64,000 nucleotides of DNA, taken from positions 97,616 through 161,615 of the forward strand of contig JBAZXV010000001.1 of the NCBI GenBank assembly GCA_041659685.1, written 5' to 3'. The DNA is from Parcubacteria group bacterium. Its GTDB lineage: Bacteria > Patescibacteriota > Minisyncoccia > Moranbacterales > UBA11712. Shown here piece by piece: positions 46,534-56,779 of this stretch; the stretch's first letter is position 1, and every line of letters begins with the position of its first letter. The translations under genes were made by a program, and so were the position numbers. The notes beneath the pieces were generated by a model, which saw only the letters and a program-made list of their open reading frames with translations, did no database searches and was not told the origin of the DNA.

Positions 46534-47127
46534 TTACTTTAAAATCTCGCCCGACTGCCTTTTTTTATATAAAGTCAGTCCGATAAAGAAAATCACCGCT
46601 CCGGCAAATACTGCTACTCCGGCGTATTTTATATATTCACTTATCTTATCGGCGGCATATCCGAAGAAATATCCGATTATTACCAAAAACGAACTCCATA
46701 CAAGCCCTCCCAATATTGAAAAGGTGACAAATTTAGAAAGTTTCATACGAAGTGACCCGGCAGTTATGAACGTTATATAGCTAAGCCCCGTTGTCGACTT
46801 CACATAAAATATTATCCTTCCGCTGTTTTCATGAAATTTTTGCTTAAGCTTGTCCACTACGGAATCCTTAATTTTAAGAAACCGCTGGGCTTTTCCAATG
46901 ATTCTTTGGCCCCCAAAATAGCCTATCGTATAAAGGATTATGTCGCCCACAACGTCTCCCAAAACGCTTAATCCAAAAACTGCGAAAATGTTAAAGTATC
47001 CCATCGAGGCCAAAAAAGCGGCAATAATCGTCACAATCGGACCCTCAATAATCATAAAAATGAGCATTGCGGGGTAGCCCCAGTACGGGAGGAGCCTTAT
47101 GAATTCTTGGGAAGTGTGTCCGAGCAT
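46534..47127 (-). CDS. DedA/VTT-domain membrane protein
   Basis: DedA signature region (GPIVTIIAAFLAS...GDVVGDIILYTIGYFGG). Confidence 0.75.
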   Translation of the reverse strand: MLGHTSQEFIRLLPYWGYPAMLIFMIIEGPIVTIIAAFLASMGYFNIFAVFGLSVLGDVVGDIILYTIGYFGGQRIIGKAQRFLKIKDSVVDKLKQKFHENSGRIIFYVKSTTGLSYITFITAGSLRMKLSKFVTFSILGGLVWSSFLVIIGYFFGYAADKISEYIKYAGVAVFAGAVIFFIGLTLYKKRQSGEILK

Positions 47128-48546
47128 CTATATATTATTTCTTTTCTTAAGAAGCACAAAAAAAGTTTTGAAAAGTATTTCTATGTCAAGCCAGAGAGAC
47201 CAGTTTTCGATGTAATATATATCAAGACGGGCTTCGTCGGAAAAAGAGAGGTCGGAGCGTCCGGAAACCTGAGCCAGTCCCGTTACTCCCGGCTTTATGG
47301 AAAGCGTTCTTTTTTGCCAAGTTTCATACCTTTCCACTTCCCTGGGTTGATGCGGCCTGGGCCCGACAAGGCTCATATTGCCCACCAAAACATTTAAAAG
47401 CTGGGGAAGTTCGTCAATTGACAAAGCTTCAATAATCCTCCCGATTCTTGTTTTTCTAGGATCGCTTTTAATTTTATATACAGGACCCTTTCTCACGCTT
47501 TGTTTGTTTATCAGGTCATTTTCATAATCCATGGCCTTTTTGACATTCGGGTTTTGCCTGCTTGTGCAGTATTCCAGCTTCATATACCGGAATTTCAGCA
47601 GATTGAAATTTCCGTCATGGCTGACACGTTCATTTTTGAATATGATGGGCCCGCGGGAATCCAGTTTTATGGCAATGGCCGTGAGAAGCATCAAGGGAGA
47701 TAATAAAATTATACCAAGCGCGGATCCTGCTATGTCGAAAATTCTTTTGAGTATTTTTCCCCATCCGTCCAAAGGAGTGTTTTTTATTTCTATAATAGGC
47801 TCATCAAAAAGGACTTTGACTTCGAAATTTGTGCTGACGGACTGCAGTATAGCGGGAATAAATTTAAATTCTATGCGATTTCTGTGGCAAAAATCACTGA
47901 CTTCGCGAAGTTGAGGCATGGAAATATCGGGAGCGCACACTAGTATCTCATCAAGCCCTTTTCCCTGAAAAATCAAACGAAGCGAGTCCATGTTAATTTT
48001 ATCTTCTTCGGCAATTATTTTGTATCCAAGTTCGGGATGATTCTTAAAATTTTTGGAGACAAGCTGGCAATAATTTCCCTTTCCGATAAGAGCCAAACGA
48101 TGAACGCCGATGCCCCTGTATATCAGAAGGAGCTTCTGAATAAAACTTATGGCGTAGCGCGCAATAGCGATGAGTGTTATCGCTGTCAGCCAGGCAGAAA
48201 GGATGACAAAGCGGGAAGAAAACCACTCCCTGCGAAGGAAAATAGCGAGAATTATGACCGTGACGCCGACTGTCACTGAAAATAAAATCTTTATGAATTC
48301 CTTCCAAAAAGTTCTGGTGGCTTTGAGCGCGTACAGTCCTTCAAGCGCAAAGATTAAAATAAAAAAAGGCGCTATGAAAAGCACCACTCGCATATAGTCA
48401 TTAAAGGGAAAATCAAATAAAACAGGCTTCAACTCCAAAACCTCAGGCGTAAACCGGAGCCAATAAGCCAAAACGGCGGATACTAAAATCATCAGAAAAT
48501 CGACCACAACCAGGAGCATTCCGAAGAAGAGTTCTGATTTTTTCAT
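47128..48546 (-). CDS. undecaprenyl-phosphate sugar phosphotransferase (WbaP/WcaJ-like priming glycosyltransferase)
   Basis: C-terminal bacterial sugar transferase domain (KFRYMKL...RPHQPRE...KPGVTGLAQVSGRSDLSFSDEARLDIYYIENWSLWLD). Confidence 0.85.
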   Translation of the reverse strand: MKKSELFFGMLLVVVDFLMILVSAVLAYWLRFTPEVLELKPVLFDFPFNDYMRVVLFIAPFFILIFALEGLYALKATRTFWKEFIKILFSVTVGVTVIILAIFLRREWFSSRFVILSAWLTAITLIAIARYAISFIQKLLLIYRGIGVHRLALIGKGNYCQLVSKNFKNHPELGYKIIAEEDKINMDSLRLIFQGKGLDEILVCAPDISMPQLREVSDFCHRNRIEFKFIPAILQSVSTNFEVKVLFDEPIIEIKNTPLDGWGKILKRIFDIAGSALGIILLSPLMLLTAIAIKLDSRGPIIFKNERVSHDGNFNLLKFRYMKLEYCTSRQNPNVKKAMDYENDLINKQSVRKGPVYKIKSDPRKTRIGRIIEALSIDELPQLLNVLVGNMSLVGPRPHQPREVERYETWQKRTLSIKPGVTGLAQVSGRSDLSFSDEARLDIYYIENWSLWLDIEILFKTFFVLLKKRNNI

Positions 48547-48631
48547 GTGAGTGCGGAGATCGCCGATACCTAAGCAAACGATTCGGATGGAGCGCGATCA
48601 TTACTATATTAAGCTCTAGACGATTTGTAAT

Positions 48632-49090
48632 TTTTAGTCAGGGCCTGTAAGCCGGATTCTGTCGGGGATAATCATTTATCTAGCTCTGACGTTGCCGTCA
48701 GAGTCGAGCGTCTTTCCAGTCCCAGTTTTTGACGACATCCGTCCGCACCCCTCTTTGGTCGCGCGACCGGATCTCCCGAAATCAAAAATTGGAACTGGAT
48801 TCAGACTTGCACCGGGCAGGGTTTACCAAGCTCAGGCTGTTGCCAGCCGTCTAGAATCGAAGCTCTATGTCCCGCAAAACGGAACAATAACACCGATTCT
48901 CTTTTCACCTTTCATCCCGCCGAGGCGGAATTTGTATTGTCTCTGTGGCACTTTCCCTGAACACATTTCGCAATGCATTCGGTGGGTGTTATCCATTGCC
49001 CTTTTTGCCGGCAGAATAAGCCGGCAGGTGTCCGGACTTTCCTCCCCGCCTCTCAAGAGAGACTGAGCGATTATCCAGCCCTAACTAACT
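48632..49090 (-). ncRNA. rnpB: RNase P RNA (bacterial type)
   Basis: On the minus strand: GGAAAGTCCGG (P4 5' strand, 49042-49032), AGGGTGAAAAG-like, GGTAAACCCTGCCCGGTGCAAG, and ACAGAATCCGGCTTA (P4 3' strand, 48662-48648). The P1 helix UUAGUUAGGGCUG / CAGGCCCUGACUAA is visible. Ends are approximate. Confidence 0.8.
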
Positions 49091-49094
49091 AAAT

Positions 49095-49123
49095 ATTGTA
49101 TATGATATTATTCAATTTGTCAA
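49095..49123 (-). promoter_or_regulatory. rnpB promoter TTGACA-17-TACAAT
   Basis: Read on the minus strand. The predicted TSS lands at ~49088, the start of the P1 helix. Confidence 0.55.
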
Positions 49124-49177
49124 GAGAAAAAACGGATTATAGGCCTTTATTTAAGCCAATATTAACCGCCCAATTCC

Positions 49178-49615
49178 TTAAAACATGCGACTTTGGGCCC
49201 GCGTTGCCTCGTCAAGCGCCAGATTGGCCAGATGATCAGCCTCGGAATTTTTAGCCCTTGGTATATGAAAATATCTTACCTCCTTGAAATCAATGGATAA
49301 ATTCCAAATCTGCAAGAAAAATTTTTGGGTATTTTCTTCGCTTATCTTATATTCGTGGTTCATTTGCTTAACAACCAGTTCGCTGTCGAGATAGCAATCA
49401 ATATCAAGTGTTTTTGATTTTGTTTTTCCATAAAGAAGTTTTATTTTTTGAAGCGCAAAAATCAAGGCTTTATATTCGGCTTCATTATTGGTGGCATAAC
49501 CGATAAATTCACGGTAAGTTTTTTTCTCTCCGCCGGATTCTATTACTACGCCAATAGCGGAAGGACCGGGATTGCCTCGCGCCGCGCCGTCGGAAAATGT
49601 CTTGATTTTATCCAT
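49178..49615 (-). CDS. rnhA: ribonuclease HI
   Basis: FSDGAARGNPGPSAIG and the DEDD-type catalytic residues (EAEY, D...D) of RNase H. Confidence 0.85.
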   Translation of the reverse strand: MDKIKTFSDGAARGNPGPSAIGVVIESGGEKKTYREFIGYATNNEAEYKALIFALQKIKLLYGKTKSKTLDIDCYLDSELVVKQMNHEYKISEENTQKFFLQIWNLSIDFKEVRYFHIPRAKNSEADHLANLALDEATRAQSRMF

Positions 49616-49638
49616 ATTATTGGTTTTTATGCTTGATA

Positions 49639-51387
49639 TTATTCCTCCTTTTTGAGATCGATTATATTAAGATCAAGTTTGCGATTGCCGTTCCAGGTGT
49701 TCGATCTCAGGTTATAAACAACCGAAACATCGCTTCCCTCCTCAATGCTTGAAAAATAATCCCCTCCTTTGAAAAATATCCCGCTGATAATTTTGGCTCC
49801 TCCATTGACCTCAAAAACAAACTTAATATGCTTTTGTCCGTTCCCCACCAGCTTCGCCTCCAAAATTTTCATGCCGCGCGAAAGAAGAATCGGCTCCCGG
49901 TTTCCTTCGCCAAAAGGCTCCAGCTTTGTTATATCGGAAAAAATATCCCAGTCTATTTCGTCGGCAGGCAGTTCGGCATCAATATTTATTCTTTTCCCCC
50001 ATTTATCTTCATCATATTCTTTTTCGATTATCCCGGCTAATTTCTTTTCAAACTCCTCGATATTTCCAGGTTTTATTTTAAGGCCCATGGCTTGCGAATG
50101 TCCTCCGAATTTTTCGATAAGATTGTCGAGCTGGCTTACCGCCGAAAATATATTAAACGCTTCAACACTTCGTCCCGATCCCTGAATAATTTCATCGCTT
50201 TCACGAAGAATAAAAACGGGACAACGATACTCGTCGGTGATTCTTCCGGCTACAATCCCCAAGATTCCAATCGGCCAATGCCGTCCTTTGCGTATTATTA
50301 ATTTATAATTCTCATCTGGTTTCAATGTTTCCTTAATTTCTGCCAAAATTTGTTGGGTAATTTTTTGTCTTTCGCAATTTTTACTTTCGATTTCGAGAGC
50401 GGCTATTCGAGCCTTGACCTGATCTTTTTCAATGAGCAAATTAAGCGCCAGATCGGCATGGTCCATCCGGCCGGCCGCATTAAAGCGAGGACCGATCTGA
50501 TAGGCAACATTTTCAACATTGGGAGGATTCTTTTCGTTGATGTTAAGCCGGGCAGTTTTGATTATTTCCTGGACTCCGAGCCTCTTGGTTTTTTGAAGAA
50601 CTATAAGGCCGAATTTGGCAAAGATCCTGTTTTCGTCAACAAGCGGGACGCAATCGGCTATAGTTCCGATAGCCACGAGATCTAAAAACCATTTCAGGAA
50701 AGGCTTTTTTTTCGGTATCATTTCTTCCCATAATGCCTCCACAAATTTGAAAACCACTCCCACTCCGGCAAGTTCCTTAAAGGGATATTTCTGATTGGGG
50801 AGCTTCGGATTGATTAAGATGCATTTTTTGGGAACATCTTTGGGAATGGAATGATGGTCAATCACGATCACATCCATTCCTTTTTCTCCCGCATACTTAA
50901 TTTCCTCCACATTTGAAGTCCCGCAGTCAACGGTAATCAAGAGATCGGCGTCATATTCGGATTTGATAAAATCAAGAGCCTTATTATTCAGCCCGTACCC
51001 TTCTTTATTTCTGTCGGGAATATATGAGTCTGCCCTTAATCCCACGGCCTGCAGAGCTTCTTTTAAAATGGCTGTCGAAGTTATGCCATCAGCATCGTAA
51101 TCGCCATAAATCACCAGTCTTTCTTTTTTTTGATTGCTTATTTTTATCCTTTCCACCGCCTCATCCACTCCTTTCAAATCATGAGGAGAGTGAAGATGTT
51201 CGTAACGGGATTCAAGGAACTTTTTGACACTTTCCTCCGACGAAAACCCCCTCTGGACGAGGAGTTTTAAGATAACCGGGTTTAGGGGTAAAGATATTAG
51301 CTCCTCCGGAATCTGCGGAGGCAAAATTTGAGACCATTTCATTAATTGAAAAGACAATTTACGGTTAATTAGCGGGAATAATCGCAC
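49639..51387 (-). CDS. recJ: single-stranded-DNA-specific exonuclease RecJ
   Basis: DHH motifs (DYDADGITS; DHH at ...VIDHHSIP) plus DHHA1 and OB domains. Confidence 0.9.
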   Translation of the reverse strand: MRLFPLINRKLSFQLMKWSQILPPQIPEELISLPLNPVILKLLVQRGFSSEESVKKFLESRYEHLHSPHDLKGVDEAVERIKISNQKKERLVIYGDYDADGITSTAILKEALQAVGLRADSYIPDRNKEGYGLNNKALDFIKSEYDADLLITVDCGTSNVEEIKYAGEKGMDVIVIDHHSIPKDVPKKCILINPKLPNQKYPFKELAGVGVVFKFVEALWEEMIPKKKPFLKWFLDLVAIGTIADCVPLVDENRIFAKFGLIVLQKTKRLGVQEIIKTARLNINEKNPPNVENVAYQIGPRFNAAGRMDHADLALNLLIEKDQVKARIAALEIESKNCERQKITQQILAEIKETLKPDENYKLIIRKGRHWPIGILGIVAGRITDEYRCPVFILRESDEIIQGSGRSVEAFNIFSAVSQLDNLIEKFGGHSQAMGLKIKPGNIEEFEKKLAGIIEKEYDEDKWGKRINIDAELPADEIDWDIFSDITKLEPFGEGNREPILLSRGMKILEAKLVGNGQKHIKFVFEVNGGAKIISGIFFKGGDYFSSIEEGSDVSVVYNLRSNTWNGNRKLDLNIIDLKKEE

Positions 51388-51935
51388 TTAGGACATCTTA
51401 ATTTACCGTCAAAGCCCTGCCCTTCCTTTTTCTCTGAAATTTCAAGAATCATTTTTTCGTTGCAGGATGGACAGCTGAAATTTTCATTCCCGATCAGCTT
51501 TCCAAGGCGAGGCGCATCCCAGGCATACGGATCAAAACTTAGTTTAAATGAACTGCCGGCGTCGGTGAGGCTCTTAACCTTGCCGACAATTTCGTTGGGG
51601 GTCATTGTCCCCTGGACGATGAAATTAGTTATCCCCATCTCTTCGGCCTTTTTTCGATCCTCTTCCCGGCCGAGATGGGAAAGGATAACAATCGGAATAT
51701 TAGCTGTCTGGACATTTTCCCTTAAAGCCTTAATAAGCTGGAATCCGTCCATTCTTGGCATTATGATTCCCGTCATTATTACGTCGGGTATATCCTTAGT
51801 GGCAAAATCAAGCCCTTCCACGCCGTCTTTGGCGCTTATTACTTCGGCATTTTTTTGCTTGAATATTTGGACGTATGTCTCTCTGACTATATCATCGTCA
51901 TCCACGATTAATATCTTGTAGGTGCCTTCTGACAT
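51369..51935 (-). CDS. orphan response-regulator receiver domain fused to a C-terminal C4 zinc ribbon
   Basis: ILIVDDDDIVRE...D(phospho-acceptor)...K, then CPSCN...CPKCD. Overlaps the recJ start by 19 nt. No histidine kinase in the window. Confidence 0.7.
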   Translation of the reverse strand: MSEGTYKILIVDDDDIVRETYVQIFKQKNAEVISAKDGVEGLDFATKDIPDVIMTGIIMPRMDGFQLIKALRENVQTANIPIVILSHLGREEDRKKAEEMGITNFIVQGTMTPNEIVGKVKSLTDAGSSFKLSFDPYAWDAPRLGKLIGNENFSCPSCNEKMILEISEKKEGQGFDGKLRCPKCDYSR

Positions 51936-52004
51936 AAATTTTACTCGAGTCTGCCATAAAAGCTTCCGGCGCTGCGATAAATTACGGGCTCTTAAAACGG
52001 ACTC

Positions 52005-54128
52005 TTATTTATTAACATAAACTTTTGCATCCAGAATTTGGCACTTTTGCCCATTATTATATATCATGACCGGATTGATATCAATTTCATAAACATTCGG
52101 ATTCTCGCTGGCAATTCTTTGAAGAGCGACTATGAGAATGGAAATTTCGTCCAAATTATATCCTTTGCCGCCGCGATATCCTTTTAGCATCGGATAAATC
52201 TTCAGTCCTTTCAGATCTTCTTTGATTTCGGCAGGAGTAAGGGGAGGTGCAAGAATTACCCTGTCTCTGAATAACTCAGTAAACGATCCGCCCAAACCGC
52301 AAACAATAATTGGACCGAAGAAAGGATCTCTTTTCAAACCAAGAATTATTTCAAGTCCCGGCTTTGCCATTGATTGAACCAAAAAATGGCTGGCTCCGGT
52401 TGATTTTTTCATTCTCTTCAGAGAGTTCCTGAATTCATTTTTGCTTTTTAGATTGAGAATAACGGCGTTCTTGTCCAGCCTGTGCGCAATGCTTGGTTCG
52501 TCGGTTTTAAGAGCCCAGGGAAATGGCAATTTGATGGAGGCAGTATTCATTTTGTCGTTGACCTGACGAGAGGATGCCAGGTTAATACCGTAAGCTCTGA
52601 ACATTTTTTCGGCTTCATCCCAAAAAAGCATTTTTCTCTTTTGCTGGAGGGCGGAATTCAGGATTGAGTTGGTTTTCAGCTTCAAATTAATGGCTTTTCC
52701 CGGCATGGCGAAAAAATTTTTATTCTTGCTGTTGCTGTAAAAAATTAACTTTTCAATCGCCATAAGGGCCCGCTCGGGCGTTTCAAAATTAGCGACCCCG
52801 TTTTGATGAAGTTTTTCCATGGCTTTTTTAATTTTGGCTCCGCCCATGAAACAAGTTGTCAGTACGGGAAATTTATTCTTAAAAGAACAAACTATGTCAG
52901 CGACTTTTTCCGGATTTGTCTGAGATTGAGGCGTTAGGATAATCAGAACGGGACAAGAAGGACAGTTTGCCGAAATTTTTTTGAGTATTTTTTCGAATCT
53001 TTCCGGAGGCGCATCTCCTATGACATCGACAGGGTTCTCAACGGAAGCGCTTTCCGGAAGATCTTTTTTCAGATTTGTTTTGAAAGATTTTGAAAAATTA
53101 TAGAGCCTTATTTTTTTTGACCGGCCGATATAATCCGCGCTCAAAACTCCCGGACCGCCGGCGTTGGTTATTACAATAATTTCATTTTTCTGCGGAATGG
53201 AATCGGAACTGCAATACAGTATCAGATCCTGAAGCTCGGCAATGTCATTCGCTTCTATCGCGCCTATTTTTCTGAAAATAGCCGAAATAATTGCGTCATC
53301 CTGGGCGAGAGAACCGGTATGGGAGGATATCGCTTTTTGTCCGGCGCTATTTTTTCCCGCCTTAAGGATGAAAACCGGCTTCTTTTTTATGATTCTATTC
53401 ATTGAATCAATAAACTCCGGCCCGTTCTTTATATCTTCAAGATACAGAGCCACTGCCTTTGTTGACTTGTCGTTTGTCAGATAATCCAGTATATCGGCCT
53501 CATTCAAAACCGATTTATTGCCTATTGATATAACTTTCGAAAAGCCAAGCGACATATTTTCGGTCCAGTCGAGAAGGGCGACGCCAAGAGCTCCGGACTG
53601 AGAAATAATTGCGACTTTTCCCGGCCTGAATTTTCCGGAAAATGAATTCTTTCCTTTCGATTTCGCATCAAAAAAAGGCTGAGTAAAGCTGGCGTTAAGC
53701 TTCTTTTCAGGATTGATAAATCCCAGACAATTTGGGCCCAAAACATTAAGCTTTAATTTTTCCGACAGCTCAACGATTTCATTTTCGCGCTTCCCGCCCT
53801 CCTTTCCCGTTTCCTTAAAGCCTGCCGATATTACTATAAAATTTTCCATTTTAGGGTTTGATTCCGCTCCATCCATAATGATACTCCGGACAAATTGAGC
53901 CGGTACGGCAATTATAACCAGGTCAACCTTCTTTCCTATTTCACTTAACGTTGAATAGCATCTGAGACTGCCGATCTTCTTGTGGCTTGGATTTACAGGA
54001 TAAATTTTTCCTTTCCATCCTCCCGAACGGATATTTTTAAGAAAAACACTGCCCATTTTCCCTTTATGGGAAGAGGCGCCGACAATCGCAATTGAGGAAG
54101 GATTGAAAAATGTATTTAAATTTCTCAT
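52005..54128 (-). CDS. ADP-forming acetyl-CoA synthetase (fused alpha/beta, NDP-forming acyl-CoA synthetase family)
   Basis: CoA-binding N-terminus (SIAIVGASSHKGKMG), succinyl-CoA-synthetase-like core and C-terminal ATP-grasp. Confidence 0.8.
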   Translation of the reverse strand: MRNLNTFFNPSSIAIVGASSHKGKMGSVFLKNIRSGGWKGKIYPVNPSHKKIGSLRCYSTLSEIGKKVDLVIIAVPAQFVRSIIMDGAESNPKMENFIVISAGFKETGKEGGKRENEIVELSEKLKLNVLGPNCLGFINPEKKLNASFTQPFFDAKSKGKNSFSGKFRPGKVAIISQSGALGVALLDWTENMSLGFSKVISIGNKSVLNEADILDYLTNDKSTKAVALYLEDIKNGPEFIDSMNRIIKKKPVFILKAGKNSAGQKAISSHTGSLAQDDAIISAIFRKIGAIEANDIAELQDLILYCSSDSIPQKNEIIVITNAGGPGVLSADYIGRSKKIRLYNFSKSFKTNLKKDLPESASVENPVDVIGDAPPERFEKILKKISANCPSCPVLIILTPQSQTNPEKVADIVCSFKNKFPVLTTCFMGGAKIKKAMEKLHQNGVANFETPERALMAIEKLIFYSNSKNKNFFAMPGKAINLKLKTNSILNSALQQKRKMLFWDEAEKMFRAYGINLASSRQVNDKMNTASIKLPFPWALKTDEPSIAHRLDKNAVILNLKSKNEFRNSLKRMKKSTGASHFLVQSMAKPGLEIILGLKRDPFFGPIIVCGLGGSFTELFRDRVILAPPLTPAEIKEDLKGLKIYPMLKGYRGGKGYNLDEISILIVALQRIASENPNVYEIDINPVMIYNNGQKCQILDAKVYVNK

Positions 54129-54143
54129 TCTTATTTTTGCCTG

Positions 54144-55133
54144 TTAATTTTGAAGCCTCTTTACCTTCACGGACTTTAGCTGTTTTACAATTTCATTTTT
54201 TTTCAGCAAACCTTTGGTGATGCCGGGATAGCGGACAACGCTGGCACCGTTGATAATGCCGGCCTTGAGGCACTCTTCAAGCCTATGTCCCTTTATAAAA
54301 TAGCCCAGGAATCCCCCCGCAAACGCGTCACCGGCGCCAGTCGTATCGACTGATTTCACCTTTATGACGGGAGCGAACAAAAACTGGGAATCGTCGCTGG
54401 CCCACGCGCCATTCAAACCGTCCGTCACTACAATAATTTTGGGTCCGAGATTCCTGATTAATTCAATAAGTCCGGCGATGTCGAATTTCTTTGATTTCGC
54501 ATTTACGGCTATTTCAACAGCCTCATTGCGATTCAATATGATGATTTCCGACCCTTTCAGAAGTTTTTTAAAATCAGAGAAATTATTTCTTATCTGGTTA
54601 GTGCTGGGCAGAAGAATTATTTTTCCCTTTTGCTTCTCAATATGAGGAATGATTCCCAAGATTTTTTTTGTCCAGGGGCCTGTCAGTGAAGAAACGGTAT
54701 AATATCTGGAAAGGGGCAGTTTTTTAAAATTTAATCCTATGTGGCCGGAATCATGATTATAAAAAATCACTCTTTCTCCCGTTTTTTTATCGACTACTAT
54801 AATCGAAAGAGATAGCTTTTGAGGAATAACCGGAGAGATAAACGACACATCAACCCCGTTTTTTTTCAATTCTCCGGCAACCCATTCATAATTTCCGGGA
54901 ATCGAGGACACAAGAGTTGACTTGAGGCCTAATTTTCGGGTACCCACGGAAAGACTTGAGGCAACCCCTCCCAGGCATTCGTATTCCTCGTCCACGCATA
55001 TTTTTTCGCCCAGCTCAAAACCGAGCCATTCCTGAGCCAGTTTGTCTTTTGGCGTATGAAAAATTTTCCCCCTGTCCGAGAGAAGAAATATATCCTTCAT
55101 GGCAGAACCGATGGAAACTATGTCAAATTTCAT
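54144..55133 (-). CDS. PfkB-family carbohydrate kinase
   Basis: DTTGAGDAFAGGFL is the PfkB signature 2. Confidence 0.75.
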   Translation of the reverse strand: MKFDIVSIGSAMKDIFLLSDRGKIFHTPKDKLAQEWLGFELGEKICVDEEYECLGGVASSLSVGTRKLGLKSTLVSSIPGNYEWVAGELKKNGVDVSFISPVIPQKLSLSIIVVDKKTGERVIFYNHDSGHIGLNFKKLPLSRYYTVSSLTGPWTKKILGIIPHIEKQKGKIILLPSTNQIRNNFSDFKKLLKGSEIIILNRNEAVEIAVNAKSKKFDIAGLIELIRNLGPKIIVVTDGLNGAWASDDSQFLFAPVIKVKSVDTTGAGDAFAGGFLGYFIKGHRLEECLKAGIINGASVVRYPGITKGLLKKNEIVKQLKSVKVKRLQN

Positions 55134-55141
55134 ATTTTTTA

Positions 55142-56740
55142 TTAAATCAAACTTTTTAATTCCATTTCCTTGAGTTTGTCCGTTTTCATTATATCACAAA
55201 TTGTCGGAGAAACATTCCCCAGGACTCCGCCTGATGATATCTTCTTTCCTTTCATTTTTTGATTAAATATTATAAAAGGAACGGGATTTTTCGTATGAAA
55301 AGTCATGGGCAGATTTCTTTTATTGTCCCACATGCATTCGGCATTTCCATGATCGGCCGTCAGGATAAGACTGCTCTTATCCTTTTCAACCTCCTTGAGC
55401 ATTTTTCCCAGACATTTATCGACAATTTCCACGGCTTTGACGGTGGCTTTTAAGTTTCCCGTATGTCCAACCATGTCTGCATTGGCAAAATTAACGGCGA
55501 CAAAGTCATAAATATCTTTCCGTTGAGCATTCAGTATTGTTGCGGATATTTTTTCAGCCGACATCTCCGGCTTATCGGCATAGTTCCTTATTACCGGGGA
55601 TGGAATCATCAAACGATCCTCCCCTGCAACGGCATCGGCGTAGCCGCCGTTCAGGAAATAGGTTATGTGGGCGAATTTCTCGGTTTCAGCTATATAAAGC
55701 TGGTGAAAATTTTTCAGGGCGACAGGCAAGGTGCCATTAATAGGATTGCTTATAAACGCCGTATGCACCGGAAGATCCGGGCCAAAATTTGTCATCGCAA
55801 CAAAATATAAATTTTTCAGGCGCGGCGAAGGCAGTTTTGTTTCTTCGGACTTATCAAGGACAAAAAGTTTTGTGAACTGGCGCGCGCGATCCGACCTTAG
55901 GTTGAAAAAAATAACCGCATCATTGTCCTTTATACGGGCAACAGGCGCTCCGTTTTCCGAATTAACGGAGGGCTTGATATATTCATCGGTTATGCCTTTT
56001 TTATAATTGTATTTTATTGCGTCCTCCAGGTCTTCAAATTTTTTCCCTGCTCCGTTCACCAAAAGATCATAAGCGACCTTGAGGCGGTTCCAGTTTTTAG
56101 CCCGGTCCATGGCATAAAATCTGCCCACAAGAGTGGCTATTCTGCCGACTCCGACGTTGTATATCGTCTTTTTCCATTCCGCAAGATGCTCTCTTGCGCT
56201 CATGGGATACGAGTCTCTGCCATCAGTGAAAAAATGAATAAAGACATTCTTAATATTATTTTTTTTCGCCAAAAGCAGCAGTCCTTCCAGGTGATAAGGG
56301 TTCATATGCGGACTGTCGAAATTTCCCAAAAGCCCCATAAGATGCAAATCGGAGCGGTTTTTTTTGACATGTGAAATCGCCCCCAAAAAAGCGGGGTTAT
56401 GAAAAAAGGAACCTGAATTCATGCTTTCTGATATGATTCGGGAATCTTGAATGGCAATTCGTCCCGCCCCGATATTCATGTGGCCCGTTTCCGATCCGCT
56501 TGTCTGGCGATTGTCCAATCCCACATCTGATCCCGTCGCTCCTAATTCCGTATAGGGGTAGCTATTTGCAAGATGGTCAAAAACCGGAGTTTTCGCCAGA
56601 TAGACTGCGTTAGTATCATCCTTCGGCCCTATTCCCCAACCGTCCAAAATGGCCAGAATTGTAGTTTCCTTTTTTTTCATTTCAGGCTGGTATTTATCGC
56701 CAAGTGCGCCGAGGGAAATCTCCTGTTTTAGCAGAGTCAT
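55142..56740 (-). CDS. gpmI: 2,3-bisphosphoglycerate-independent phosphoglycerate mutase
   Basis: iPGM metal-binding motifs (LILDGWG; ADHGN). Confidence 0.9.
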   Translation of the reverse strand: MTLLKQEISLGALGDKYQPEMKKKETTILAILDGWGIGPKDDTNAVYLAKTPVFDHLANSYPYTELGATGSDVGLDNRQTSGSETGHMNIGAGRIAIQDSRIISESMNSGSFFHNPAFLGAISHVKKNRSDLHLMGLLGNFDSPHMNPYHLEGLLLLAKKNNIKNVFIHFFTDGRDSYPMSAREHLAEWKKTIYNVGVGRIATLVGRFYAMDRAKNWNRLKVAYDLLVNGAGKKFEDLEDAIKYNYKKGITDEYIKPSVNSENGAPVARIKDNDAVIFFNLRSDRARQFTKLFVLDKSEETKLPSPRLKNLYFVAMTNFGPDLPVHTAFISNPINGTLPVALKNFHQLYIAETEKFAHITYFLNGGYADAVAGEDRLMIPSPVIRNYADKPEMSAEKISATILNAQRKDIYDFVAVNFANADMVGHTGNLKATVKAVEIVDKCLGKMLKEVEKDKSSLILTADHGNAECMWDNKRNLPMTFHTKNPVPFIIFNQKMKGKKISSGGVLGNVSPTICDIMKTDKLKEMELKSLI

Positions 56741-56779
56741 TTACTGGCAGCCAGCGGCAACAAAGCGGCTAATTTTAAT

